Source: Actinomycetes bacterium
Lineage (GTDB): Bacteria > Actinomycetota > Acidimicrobiia > Acidimicrobiales > Aldehydirespiratoraceae
Reading direction: 5' to 3'
DNA length: 64,000 bases
Assembly (NCBI GenBank): GCA_024276495.1
Contig: JAJRXC010000107.1
Span: 29,025-93,024 of the forward strand
A program made the position numbers and the translations under genes. The notes beneath the pieces were generated by a model. The model was not told the origin of the DNA and did no database searches. It was given only the letters and a program-made list of their open reading frames with translations. Positions 1-9,292 of this stretch are shown here, piece after piece (position 1 is the stretch's first letter; the number at the start of each line of letters is the position of its first letter).

Positions 1-219
1 CACGGGATTCGGGTCAACGCGGTCGCGCCGAGCATCGCCATGCACGCCTTTTTGGCAAAGGTCAGCGATGAGGACCTCCTCGATCAACTGTCGCGCCGAG
101 AAGCGTTCGGTCGTGCGGCCGAGCCGTGGGAGGTGGCCAACGTGATGGTTTTCCTCGCCAGCGACCTCGCCAGCTACATGACGGGCGAAATCGTCGCGGT
201 GAGCAGCCAACACCCGTGA
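1..219 (+). CDS. Short-chain dehydrogenase/reductase (SDR), C-terminal fragment; 5' end lies outside the window
   Basis: Frame 1 from base 1 reads HGIRVNAVAPSIAMHAF...EPWEVANVMVFLASDLASYMTGEIVAVSSQHP, then TGA at 217-219. This is a typical SDR C-terminus. Confidence 0.8.
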   Translation, partial: HGIRVNAVAPSIAMHAFLAKVSDEDLLDQLSRREAFGRAAEPWEVANVMVFLASDLASYMTGEIVAVSSQHP

Positions 220-371
220 TCGGCGTCGCCGGGCGTCAAGAGGTCGCAACGAATCCGAAATCCGGATGAAGTTCTCGTGCCGATGACTTGCGTATGACGC
301 GTCGCATGATCCACAGTGCTAAACCTTGTGGCGCGAGTCACATGCCCGGTCACGTCCCTGGAGGATAAATC

Positions 372-2141
372 GTGAGGTCCCGTTCGATGTCCCGATCGCT
401 GGTCAAGCTCTTGGCCGCACTGTTCGCATTCTCGTTGATCGCCGCCGCGTGCGGAAGCGACAACGACGACGGTGACGGTGCGGTTTCCACCGAGGACACC
501 GGAGGAGGCGAAGCTCCCGACGACACCGGTGGTGATTCCGGTGGCGACACCGGTGGCGGCGATGCCGCGGAGAGCGCGGCCGAGGACCTCGTCGAGGATC
601 AGGTCGACACCGGGCCGGTGGCCGGTGGCACCCTGCGGATCGCGGTCGAGGCCGAGACCGACGGCCTGAACCCGACGGTCAACCGGTTCGCGGTGGCGGC
701 GCTCAACATGGCGACGGCGGTCTTCGAGCCGCTCGCCGCCTGGGACGAGAACGGCGCACCGACCCCGTACCTCGCCTCGGGGTGGGAGTCGTCGGACGAC
801 GGCCTCACCTTCACCCTGTTCCTGCGCGAGGGCATCAAGTTTCACGACGGCACCGATTTCAACGCCGACGCCGTGATCCGGAACTTCCAGGGCCAGCTGG
901 CCGACCCGCTGATCTCGCTCGCGGTGAACCCGGTGTTCAACACCGACAACCCCGTCGAGAAGATCGACGACTTGACGGTGCAGTTCAACCTGGCCCAGCC
1001 GAACAAGCAGTTCGCCGTCTTCCTGCCGTCCCAGCTCGGTCAGGTCGCCTCCCCGGCCTGGCTCGACGCCGCCGCTGACGATCCGGCCCTCAACCAGGAA
1101 CCGGTCGGCACCGGCCCATTCCGCTTCGACAGCCGCACCGTCGACCAGGTGACCCGGTTCGTCCGCAACGACGACTGGTGGCAGGCCGAGCAGCTCGGCC
1201 GCGAGGTGTATCTCGACGCCGTCGAGTACTACCCGATCACCGACGGTGAGATCGCCGCCGGCCAGCTCGAAGCCGGCGCGGTCGATTCGATGGGTACCAC
1301 CAACGCGTCCGCCATCGTCGCCCTGCGCGACCAGGACGTCAACCGGCTCGAGGACGACAGTGGCGAGGAATCCTTCGCCATGATCAACTCGACCGCGGTG
1401 CCCTTCGACGACATCCGGGTGCGCCAGGCGATCACCTTCGCGACGCCACGGGAGAACTGGTTGGAGTTCGCCGGTGCCGGTCTGTTGCGGCCTGCCGACG
1501 GCATGTTCACGCCGGAGTCGATCTGGTACGACCCGGCCGTCGTCCAAGAGAGCGACGATCCCGACCGGGCGGCGCCGCTGATCGCCGAGTACTGCGGGGA
1601 GAACCCCGACAACTGCACCGACGGCAAGGTCAACATCAATCTCCAGTACTCGGGCCCGTCGGTCCTCCAGGAGCAGATCGCCGACATCCTGATCGACGGG
1701 TGGAGCCCGTTCTTCAACGTCGAGCGTGAGGTGCTGCTCCAGGACGATCACATCACCGAGGTCGCCTTCGGTCAGTACCAGATCGTCACCTGGCGCCAGT
1801 TCGGGGCCGTCGATCCCGCCGGCGACCGCGTGTGGCTGGCCTGCGACTCGATCTCGGCGCTCTCGCTCAACTGGCCGCGACTGTGCGACCAGTCACGAGA
1901 GGACCTGCTCAACCAGGCCCGGGCCTCGGCCGACCTCGACGAGCGCATCGCCCTGTGGAAGCAGATCCAGGAGAAGATCCAGCAGGACTACACCTACATC
2001 TTCTTCGCCCACACCCTGTGGGTGAACGCCTTCGACAAGAAGGTCCAGAACCTGTGCGGTGCGGTCTCGCCCGATGATGTGGCCTTGAAGTGCACCATCA
2101 ACGGACGGCACTGGGTCTCCCAGATGTGGCTCGCCAACTGA
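372..2141 (+). CDS. ABC transporter substrate-binding lipoprotein, family 5 (peptide/nickel, DppA/OppA-like)
   Basis: 589-aa ORF. N-terminal signal with lipobox (LIAAAC-GS). GGAGG lies 7 nt upstream of GTG 372. It is the first gene of a BCDF-type permease/ATPase operon. Confidence 0.9.
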   Translation: MRSRSMSRSLVKLLAALFAFSLIAAACGSDNDDGDGAVSTEDTGGGEAPDDTGGDSGGDTGGGDAAESAAEDLVEDQVDTGPVAGGTLRIAVEAETDGLNPTVNRFAVAALNMATAVFEPLAAWDENGAPTPYLASGWESSDDGLTFTLFLREGIKFHDGTDFNADAVIRNFQGQLADPLISLAVNPVFNTDNPVEKIDDLTVQFNLAQPNKQFAVFLPSQLGQVASPAWLDAAADDPALNQEPVGTGPFRFDSRTVDQVTRFVRNDDWWQAEQLGREVYLDAVEYYPITDGEIAAGQLEAGAVDSMGTTNASAIVALRDQDVNRLEDDSGEESFAMINSTAVPFDDIRVRQAITFATPRENWLEFAGAGLLRPADGMFTPESIWYDPAVVQESDDPDRAAPLIAEYCGENPDNCTDGKVNINLQYSGPSVLQEQIADILIDGWSPFFNVEREVLLQDDHITEVAFGQYQIVTWRQFGAVDPAGDRVWLACDSISALSLNWPRLCDQSREDLLNQARASADLDERIALWKQIQEKIQQDYTYIFFAHTLWVNAFDKKVQNLCGAVSPDDVALKCTINGRHWVSQMWLAN

Positions 2142-2179
2142 GCCCCGTTGCCGATCGATCCGAGATGTCCAGGACGTAG

Positions 2180-3195
2180 TTGACCCTGATGAAGGTTGTG
2201 CGATTCATAGGCACGAGAATCGGCCAGCTGTTGCTGGTGCTGTTCGCGGTGACCTTGCTCACCTTCGTCGGGGTCAACACCCTGGGTGACCCTCTGGTCA
2301 ACATCCTGGGCCCCCTGGCCAAGGTCGACTGCAGCGCGGTCGAGGCCGGCGAGGCAGAGGATTTCTCTAGTCAGGGCGGCACCAGCGAAGGCGACTGTGC
2401 GATCGTCGCCGAACGCCGGGCCGAGTTCAACCTCGACGACAACGTGTTCGTCCGCTACGGAAAGTGGGTCGGCGACGCGGTCCAGGGCGACTTCGGCAGC
2501 TCGTTCTCCCAACAACGGCCGGTGAGCGACATCATCAAGGAGAAGCTGCCGGTCACGCTGCGCATGGCCGCCTTCGCCCTGGTTCTGTCGTTGCTCATCT
2601 CGGTACCGTGGGCGTTGCTCGCCGCGTTCGGGCCAACCGGGCCTTCGACCGTGGTTCGACGGTGATCTCCTTCGGCATGCTCGCGGTGCCGAACTTCGCG
2701 GTCGGGGTGATCCTGCTCTTCCTTTTCGCGGTGAAACTCCAGTGGCTTCCGTCGCGCTACGAACCGGGCACGACCTACAGCCAGTTCAAGTCGCTGTTCC
2801 TTCCCTCGCTCACCTTGGCCCTGCCGCTCGCGGCCACCTACCAACGACTGCTGCGCACCGACCTGATCGGCACCCTCCAAGAGGACTTCGTGCACATGGC
2901 CCGGGCGAAGGGCATGCCGCCCCGCCACATCATGACCCGCCACGCGCTTCGGCCGTCGATGTTCTCGATGATCACCGTGTTCGGCATCAACACCGGGGCA
3001 TTGCTGGGTGGCACGCTCGTGATCGAGCAGATCTTCAGTGTGCCGGGCATCGGCTCGGAGGCCGTGAAGTCGATCGTGCGCGACGACTTCCCGACGGTGC
3101 TGGCGATCGTGTTGATCATCGTCACCGCGTTCGTCGTGATGAACATGCTGGTCGACCTCCTCTACACGTTCCTCGACCCGAGGGTCCGGTCATGA
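2180..3195 (+). pseudogene. ABC permease (DppB/OppB-like) interrupted by a 1-nt frameshift
   Basis: The N-terminal half is in the frame of 2180 (...SVPWALLAAF) and the C-terminal half is in the frame of 2464 (ANRAFDRGSTVISFGMLAVPNF...LLYTFLDPRVRS). Together they make one DppB-type permease. The frames switch at about 2629-2632 (ttcGGGccaacc), and the first frame stops at TGA 2663-2665. Confidence 0.75.
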
Positions 3196-4082
3196 CCGCG
3201 GACGCGCAGATACCGGAGATCGATCTCGTCGCGCTGGAGGAAGCTCCCGACGACGCCGTCAAGAAATCCCTCGGCATCGGATTCTGGATCTCCGTCGCCT
3301 GGCTGGTCCTGATCGTCGTGATATCGCTCCTCGCGCCGGTGCTCCCGCTGGCCGATCCCGAGAAGATCGGTTTGGGCAGCAAGTTCCAGTCGCCGGGCGG
3401 CGAGGGCTGGTTCGGGTTCGACTCCAACGGCCGAGACGTGTTCTCCCGGGTCATCTGGGGATCGCGGGTGTCGCTGACGGTCGGGTTCATCGCCGTCGTC
3501 GCCGGCCTGCTCATCGGTGGTCCGCTCGGGATGATGGCCGGCTACTTCCGGGGATGGGTCGACCGGGTCGTGTCCTTCGCGTTCCTGATCCTCTTGTCGT
3601 TCCCGGCGCTGATCCTCGCCCTGCTGATCGTCAACAGCGTCGAGACCCGGAGCCTGCGGGTCGTGGCGCTCACCCTGGGCGTGCTGGCCATCGCGCCGGT
3701 CGGACGTCTGGCGCGGGCCAACACCATCGTCTTCGCCGAACGCGAGTTCGTGCAGGCGGCACGGGTCGTCGGCGCGAAGAACACCCGGATCCTCACCCGC
3801 GAACTGCTCCCGAACGTCTTGATCCCGATGGGAGCCCTGGCCCTGCTGGGCGTCGCGATCCTGATCGTGGCCGAAGGCGGGCTGGCCTTCCTCGGCTTGT
3901 CGGTCGAGGAAGGGGCCACGTGGGGGAAGATGATTCTCGAGGGCTCCAGCCCGGGTGCGCTCAAAGATGGTCCGCATGTCGCCATGTTCCCCATCGGGAT
4001 CATGTTCTTGACCGTTCTCGCCCTCAACTACGCGGGTGACAAGGTCCGGGAGTTCTTCGATGTGCGCGAGACGGCGTTCTAG
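3192..4082 (+). CDS. ABC permease (DppC/OppC-like)
   Basis: ATG 3192 overlaps the upstream TGA (ATGA). Multi-TM protein with a BPD-transporter signature region (FAEREFVQAARVVGAKNTRILTRELLPN). The longer ORF from 2742 is a spurious extension across the upstream gene. Confidence 0.9.
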   Translation: MTADAQIPEIDLVALEEAPDDAVKKSLGIGFWISVAWLVLIVVISLLAPVLPLADPEKIGLGSKFQSPGGEGWFGFDSNGRDVFSRVIWGSRVSLTVGFIAVVAGLLIGGPLGMMAGYFRGWVDRVVSFAFLILLSFPALILALLIVNSVETRSLRVVALTLGVLAIAPVGRLARANTIVFAEREFVQAARVVGAKNTRILTRELLPNVLIPMGALALLGVAILIVAEGGLAFLGLSVEEGATWGKMILEGSSPGALKDGPHVAMFPIGIMFLTVLALNYAGDKVREFFDVRETAF

Positions 4083-4090
4083 GGAGTCCG

Positions 4091-5152
4091 ATGTCTGAAC
4101 CGCAGCTCTCCGTTCGCGACCTCACCGTGCGCTTCCCCACCACTCGGGGGGTCGTCCAGGCCCTCAACGGTGTCAACTTCGATCTCGAGAAGGGCCAGAT
4201 GCTCGGCATCGTGGGCGAGTCGGGGTCGGGGAAGTCGGTGACGGCCAAGACGCTCATGAACCTCCTGCCCCGCACCGCCGAGATCGAGGGCGACGTCATC
4301 TTCGAGGGCAGAGACGTTCGCAAGCTCGCGGCCGACGGCACGCAACACTTCTGGGGCGTCGAGATGACGATGGTCTTCCAGGATCCCATGACGTCGCTGA
4401 ACCCGGTCAAGAAGTGCGGCGAGCAGATCGCGGAGACCCTGCGGTACCACCTCGGCCGCACCAAGAAGGAGGCGATCGAGGAAGCGGTCGATCTCCTCGG
4501 CCAGGTCGGGCTGCCCGAACCCGCCAAGAGAGTCGATCAATACCCCCACGAGCTCTCGGGCGGCCTTCGGCAACGAGTGGTGATCGCCATGGCGCTGGCC
4601 TGTCAGCCGTCGCTGCTCATCGCCGACGAGCCGACGACCGCCGTCGACGTCACCGTGCAGCGCCACATCCTCAACCTCCTCGACCGGCTGCGCGAGGAGC
4701 GCGGCATGTCGATGATCCTGATCACCCACGATCTCGGTGTGGCCCGGGGGCGGTGTGACGACATCGCGGTGATGTACGCCGGCCGCATCGTCGAACGTTC
4801 GGCGACCGAAACCCTCTTCTCCGACTCGCGTCACCCCTACACCGACGCCCTGCTCCGGTCGATTCCCCGCATCGACCAACCCAGCCACACCCGGTTGGAG
4901 CCCATTCCCGGGCGACCGCCCGAACTGATCAACCCGCCCGTGCGGTGCGCGTACTCCCCGCGTTGTCGATTCGCCCAACCGGATTGCCTCTCCGCGATCC
5001 CCGACGTGCACGGCGTCAGGGGCATGCACGAGTTCGCGTGCTTCCATCCGGCCAACACCGACCGCGGCCGAGAGGCGCTCGCGGCGAACGTCGCGGCCGG
5101 AAAGACCGCCGCGGGTCTTCCGATCGCGGGCTACGCCGGAGGAGGCGGCTGA
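4091..5152 (+). CDS. ABC transporter ATP-binding protein (DppD/OppD-like)
   Basis: Walker A GESGSGKS, signature LSGGLRQR, Walker B LLIADEPT, and a C-terminal oligopeptide-ATPase extension with a Cys cluster (CAYSPRCRFAQPDC). Confidence 0.92.
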   Translation: MSEPQLSVRDLTVRFPTTRGVVQALNGVNFDLEKGQMLGIVGESGSGKSVTAKTLMNLLPRTAEIEGDVIFEGRDVRKLAADGTQHFWGVEMTMVFQDPMTSLNPVKKCGEQIAETLRYHLGRTKKEAIEEAVDLLGQVGLPEPAKRVDQYPHELSGGLRQRVVIAMALACQPSLLIADEPTTAVDVTVQRHILNLLDRLREERGMSMILITHDLGVARGRCDDIAVMYAGRIVERSATETLFSDSRHPYTDALLRSIPRIDQPSHTRLEPIPGRPPELINPPVRCAYSPRCRFAQPDCLSAIPDVHGVRGMHEFACFHPANTDRGREALAANVAAGKTAAGLPIAGYAGGGG

Positions 5153-6156
5153 TGGCCGGAACCGGACATGCACCCCTTCGCGACGATCCCAACGTCTTGT
5201 TGGCGGTCCGCGATCTCGAGGTGGAGTTCCCGGTCGGGCGCGGCGCCGTCGTTCACGCGGTGAGCGGGATCTCCTTCGATGTGGCCGAAGGGGAGACGCT
5301 CGGCATCGTCGGCGAGTCCGGCTGCGGCAAGTCGACCGTCGCGAAGTCGATCATCCGCCTCAACGAGATCAAGGCCGGCTCGGTCGACTATCAGGGTCAT
5401 GACCTGGCCAAGCTCGAGGGCGAGCCGCTTCGCAAGGTCCGGCCCGACCTCCAGATGATCTTCCAGGACCCGATCTCGTCGCTGAACCCACGGCGAAAGA
5501 TCCGCGACGTGATCTCCGAAGGGCTCGCGGTGTGGGGTGACGAGCACGGAACCTGGTCGCAGGACCGGATCGAGGAGCTCATGCTCGCGGTCGGGATCGA
5601 CCCGAAGTTCGGCGACCGTCGGCCCCACCAGTTCTCGGGTGGCCAGTGCCAGCGCATCGGCATCGCCCGGGCGCTCGCCCTCGACCCGAAGGTCATGATC
5701 TGCGACGAGCCCGTCTCCGCCCTCGACGTGTCGGTCCAGGCCCAGGTCCTCAACCTGCTCGAAGACATGAAGCAGCGCTACGGCCTCACGCTGCTGTTCA
5801 TCAGCCACGACCTGTCCGTGGTGAAGAACGTGTCGGACCGCATCATCGTGATGTATCTCGGAAAGGCGTGTGAGATCGGGGACGCCGACGAGCTTTACGA
5901 GAATCCGCGGCACCCGTACACGCGGGCCCTGCTCGCCTCGATTCCCGAGCCGGCCCCGACCGTCGACCCGAGCGATGGCGACATCGACGGGGAGCTGCCG
6001 TCGCCGATCAACCCGCCGAAGGGCTGCCGGTTCAACACCCGGTGTCAACACACCACCGACATCTGTTTCACCGACGAACCGAAGATGCAACGCGTCGGCG
6101 AGCTCGACCACTACTTCGCCTGCCATCACCCCGTCGAGATCTCGGTCGGCCTCTGA
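5152..6156 (+). CDS. ABC transporter ATP-binding protein (DppF/OppF-like)
   Basis: ATG 5152 overlaps the upstream stop (TGATG). Walker A GESGCGKST, signature FSGGQCQR, Walker B MICDEPVSALD, and C-terminal CRFNTRC. Confidence 0.92.
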   Translation: MAGTGHAPLRDDPNVLLAVRDLEVEFPVGRGAVVHAVSGISFDVAEGETLGIVGESGCGKSTVAKSIIRLNEIKAGSVDYQGHDLAKLEGEPLRKVRPDLQMIFQDPISSLNPRRKIRDVISEGLAVWGDEHGTWSQDRIEELMLAVGIDPKFGDRRPHQFSGGQCQRIGIARALALDPKVMICDEPVSALDVSVQAQVLNLLEDMKQRYGLTLLFISHDLSVVKNVSDRIIVMYLGKACEIGDADELYENPRHPYTRALLASIPEPAPTVDPSDGDIDGELPSPINPPKGCRFNTRCQHTTDICFTDEPKMQRVGELDHYFACHHPVEISVGL

Positions 6157-6168
6157 CCCCCGTCGGTG

Positions 6169-7125
6169 TCAGGTGAGAGTCCAGACGGTCGCCGCGGCGG
6201 TGGCGCGAGCGTCGGTGATCGCCGGGGCGGCGCGCCCATCGGCTCGGAGCTTGAGGAGATGGGCCACAACGGACCGGGCCGCCGGTTTGTGGAGCTCCTC
6301 GCGTACGTCGGCGTAGAGCACGGCGACGATCTCGGTGGCCGAGCACGGCCCCTCACGGAGCTGCGTGAGGATCTGGGCCTCCCGGGCCAGGCGATGGTCG
6401 AACAGGGCCTGAACGTATGTCGTCGGGTCGTGGATCGGACCGCCGTGGGTCGGATACAGCACCTCGTCCTCGCGGTCGAGCAAGAGCCGGAGTGAACCGA
6501 GATATGCAGCGACGTCACCGTCGGGAGGCGGGATGATCGTGGTCGACCAGCCCATCACGTGATCGCCGGACAGCACCGCTCGTTCCTCTCGCAGCGCGAA
6601 GCAGAGATGATTCGAGATGTGACCGGGGGTGTGCAACGCGTCGACGCTCCAGCCGGGGCCGTCGACGGTGTCGCCGTGTCCGAGCCGGTGGTCGGGTGCG
6701 AAGTCGACGTCGGGACGGTGCCGCTCGGCCTCGTCGATCCCGGCGGTCGGATCGTCGCTCGTCTCGGAGTCGCCGGAGTCGTCGTCCTCACCGGTTGCCC
6801 CCGGAGGGTGGGGGCCGAAACCGAGCACCGTCGCGCCGGTCGCGTCGGCGAGCTCGGCGGCGGCAGGGGAGTGATCGCCGTGGGTGTGGGTGATCAGGAT
6901 GTGGCGGACCTGCTCGCCGTCGAGCGCCCGCAACAGATTGTCGACATGGGACCGATCGCGAGGACCCGGGTCGACGACGGCGACGTCGCCGTGGCCGATC
7001 ACGTAGGTGCCGGTGCCGTGGAACGTGTACTTCGACGGGTTCTCGCAGACGAGCCGCCGCAGCAGGGGCGACACGTCGACCATGCGGCCGTAGTCGGGTG
7101 AGAAGTCGGTGTCGAAGACGACCAT
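6169..7125 (-). CDS. MBL-fold metallo-hydrolase
   Basis: 318-aa ORF with an HxHxDH motif (ITHTHGDHSPAA) and later His/Asp ligands (HTPGH, SGDHV). Confidence 0.85.
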   Translation of the reverse strand: MVVFDTDFSPDYGRMVDVSPLLRRLVCENPSKYTFHGTGTYVIGHGDVAVVDPGPRDRSHVDNLLRALDGEQVRHILITHTHGDHSPAAAELADATGATVLGFGPHPPGATGEDDDSGDSETSDDPTAGIDEAERHRPDVDFAPDHRLGHGDTVDGPGWSVDALHTPGHISNHLCFALREERAVLSGDHVMGWSTTIIPPPDGDVAAYLGSLRLLLDREDEVLYPTHGGPIHDPTTYVQALFDHRLAREAQILTQLREGPCSATEIVAVLYADVREELHKPAARSVVAHLLKLRADGRAAPAITDARATAAATVWTLT

Positions 7126-7138
7126 CGCCAGAGGCTAC

Positions 7139-7999
7139 TCAGGCGCCCTGGATGGTCTCACCGGAGCGCTCACGAAGCCCGATCGCGGCGACGATGAGCG
7201 CGATCCCCAACGCGTCGCGCGTCGACGGAACCTGATCGAGCAGGAGCACCCCCATCAATGTCGCGGTCGCCGGGAGCAGCGCCAACAACAGGGCGAATCG
7301 TTCACGGGGGAGCCAGCTCATGACGAGCTGGTCGAGGCTGTACGGAACAACGTTGGACAGCAGGCCGACGGACGCGCCCGCCGCCACCAGCCACCAGTTG
7401 TCCGTCACCGGACCGAATCCGCCGAGGCCGAACGGCGCGATCGCCAGCGCGCCGAAGAGCATTCCGAGCCCGAGCCCGTCGATGCCGCCCCCTCCCACCG
7501 CGACGCGTCGGCCGAGCACGATGTAGGCACCCCACAACGTGCCGGCGAGGAGCGCGAAGGCGATGCCGGTGAGCTCGGCGCCCGTCGCGAAGGTGCTCAT
7601 CAACAACACGCCCGCCACGGCGAGGCCCAGGGCGCCGGCGTTGCGGCGGGTGCGCGCCCCGAGGGCAGCGACCGCGACCGGACCGATGAACTCGATCGCG
7701 ACGCCCGCGCCGAGGTCGATTCGATCCGCCGCCAGGTAGAAGACCAGGTTCATCGATGCCGTCGCGACCCCGAACGCCGCGGCTTCGCCCACCTGGGCCG
7801 ACGTCCACGAACGGGTCCAGGGACGCCGCCAGGCCAGCAGGATCACGGCCGCCGCGAGCACACGGGTGAGCGCGACCGCGCCCGGAGGCATCCGGTCGAA
7901 GAGGCTGACGGCGATCGAGGCGCCGAGATACAGCGAGACGGCCGAGGTGATGAAGTAGAGCTCCGGGGGAACGGCCGGCCTGGGCTCGGTGCCGGTCAC
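7139..7999 (-). CDS. EamA/DMT-family transporter
   Basis: About 10 predicted TM segments, Gly/Ala/Leu-rich, and a two-EamA-repeat-like length (286 aa). GTG 7999 overlaps the stop of the upstream small gene (GTGA). The 445-aa ORF to 8476 has an Arg/Pro-rich non-coding-looking extension. Confidence 0.8.
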   Translation of the reverse strand: MTGTEPRPAVPPELYFITSAVSLYLGASIAVSLFDRMPPGAVALTRVLAAAVILLAWRRPWTRSWTSAQVGEAAAFGVATASMNLVFYLAADRIDLGAGVAIEFIGPVAVAALGARTRRNAGALGLAVAGVLLMSTFATGAELTGIAFALLAGTLWGAYIVLGRRVAVGGGGIDGLGLGMLFGALAIAPFGLGGFGPVTDNWWLVAAGASVGLLSNVVPYSLDQLVMSWLPRERFALLLALLPATATLMGVLLLDQVPSTRDALGIALIVAAIGLRERSGETIQGA

Positions 8000-8325
8000 C
8001 CGGGGGAGTCCGGCTGAGACGAGCGGGCCGCCCGCACCACCTTCGTCATGATGAAGCCCACACCGCCGGTCAGCACCGCGAGCGTGAGCAGCTGGGCGTA
8101 GCCGCCACGGTCGCCGGGGTTCTCCGGCTTCGGTCCGGCATCCGCGCAGCCGATGATGGTGCGACACCGGCCCGGGTCGTCGTGTTGGGTCGCCACGGTG
8201 ATCTGGGCCGAGATCGTCGAGGCGGCGCGTCGTTCGCCGGGGCCGGCGGCGTCGGCGGGTCCCGAGGTGACGAGCAGCCCGACGAGGATCGTGACCGTCA
8301 TCAACAGCGAGCGGCGGCCGGTCAT
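7996..8325 (-). CDS. Small exported protein with a C-terminal membrane anchor (hypothetical)
   Basis: 109 aa: MTGRRSLLMTVTILVGLLVTSGPADA signal, a two-Cys core (CRTIIGC), then YAQLLTLAVLTGGVGFIM followed by a basic tail KVVRAARS. Its ATG overlaps the SDR stop (ATGA) and its stop overlaps the EamA start (GTGA). Confidence 0.55.
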   Translation of the reverse strand: MTGRRSLLMTVTILVGLLVTSGPADAAGPGERRAASTISAQITVATQHDDPGRCRTIIGCADAGPKPENPGDRGGYAQLLTLAVLTGGVGFIMTKVVRAARSSQPDSPG

Positions 8326-9155
8326 GACCCCGCTGCCTCGGTGACGTCGCCGGTGGAGGCCCGCAGGTAGCCGGGGGCCTCGCCGCCGCCGTGGACGGGG
8401 ATCGTGCAACCGCTGACCCAACGGGCCAGCGGCGACGCGCAGAACAACACCACGTCGGCGATCTCCTCGGGAACACCCATCCGGCCGAGGGCGAGGGTCC
8501 GCCCGACCGCGGCGATTCCCTCGGCGTCGCCGTAGAAGAGATGGGCTTCCTCGGTGACGATCATTCCGACCACCGGTGCGATGACGCGGATCTTCGGGCC
8601 CCACTCCTGGGCCAGCGTCTCGGTGAGGTTGATCAAGCCGGCCTTGGCCGCGCCATAGGCCGCGCCGGCGGGATTGGCCCGCGTCCCCGAGACTGACGCG
8701 ATGTTGACGATCACTCCACCGTCGTCCTGGGTCTGCATCTGATCGTGCACGGCCTGGGCGAAGGTCATCGGGGCCAAGAGGTTCAACGCGACGATCTTCT
8801 CGTTGAACCGAGGAGAGACGGTGGCGCTCTCCGCCGGTGGCGCACCGCCGGCGTTGTTGACCAACACGTCGATCCGGCCGGTTCGTTCGATCGCGCGGGA
8901 CACGACGCCGGCGATCTGGTCGGGTTCGCGCACGTCGCAGGCGACGAAGGTCGCGGTCCGGCCCGCGGTCTCCACCGGTTTTTCGGGTTCGTGCCGTGCG
9001 CAGATGACCACGTCGGCTCCCCGGTCGAGGAAACGTGTCGCGATGACCCGGCCGAGGCCCTTGGTTCCTCCGGTGACGATGACCGTGCGGCCGGTCATGT
9101 CGAGGGGATCGGTGCGCGGTTCGGCGTCGGACCCGGGTGCGGCATCGGCGGACAT
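8322..9155 (-). CDS. SDR-family oxidoreductase (3-oxoacyl-ACP reductase-like)
   Basis: Rossmann motif VTGGTKGLG, NNAG, and catalytic YGAAKAG (YxxxK). Start taken at ATG 9155; GTG 9188 is an alternative. Confidence 0.88.
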   Translation of the reverse strand: MSADAAPGSDAEPRTDPLDMTGRTVIVTGGTKGLGRVIATRFLDRGADVVICARHEPEKPVETAGRTATFVACDVREPDQIAGVVSRAIERTGRIDVLVNNAGGAPPAESATVSPRFNEKIVALNLLAPMTFAQAVHDQMQTQDDGGVIVNIASVSGTRANPAGAAYGAAKAGLINLTETLAQEWGPKIRVIAPVVGMIVTEEAHLFYGDAEGIAAVGRTLALGRMGVPEEIADVVLFCASPLARWVSGCTIPVHGGGEAPGYLRASTGDVTEAAGS

Positions 9156-9218
9156 GAGCGAAACCCTACCCGCACGTGTTCGCACCACTCGCAGCGGTGG
9201 CGTACCGTCGGTGCGGTT

Positions 9219-9248
9219 TCTGACACACCGTCAGACAACCCCGTCTGA
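9219..9248. promoter_or_regulatory. Overlapping inverted repeats in the SDR / CoA-transferase divergent intergenic region (candidate operator)
   Basis: TCTGAC-acacc-GTCAGA (9219-9235) and TCAGAC-aacccc-GTCTGA (9231-9248) share the central half-site. Confidence 0.3.
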
Positions 9249-9292
9249 TGGTGACTCGGCCACCGTGGTCGAGCAAGGAGAGGGTTCCCCAA

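Noticed and set aside
2627-2665. Programmed -1 ribosomal frameshift in the dppB-like gene
   Set aside because: There is no X-XXY-YYZ slippery heptamer at the junction (g-ttc-ggg-c) and no obvious downstream pseudoknot or hairpin. A 1-nt deletion or a sequencing error in a G-run is the simpler explanation.
2742-3191. Long N-terminal extensions of real genes in the ORF track. Examples are 2742, 4945, 9487, 10239, 16232, 16570, 18130, 29925, 33822, 37935, 45833 and 7139-8476.
   Set aside because: The extensions overlap the preceding gene in another frame and are Arg/Pro-rich. Homology-consistent starts with ATGA, GTGA or TGATG coupling or a Shine-Dalgarno exist downstream.
9156-9292. KstR or KstR2 operator upstream of the IpdA-like gene
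   Set aside because: I looked for TnnAACnnGTTnnA and AnCAAGnnCTTGnT. Only an isolated CAAG is present (in gagCAAGgag) without the partner half-site.
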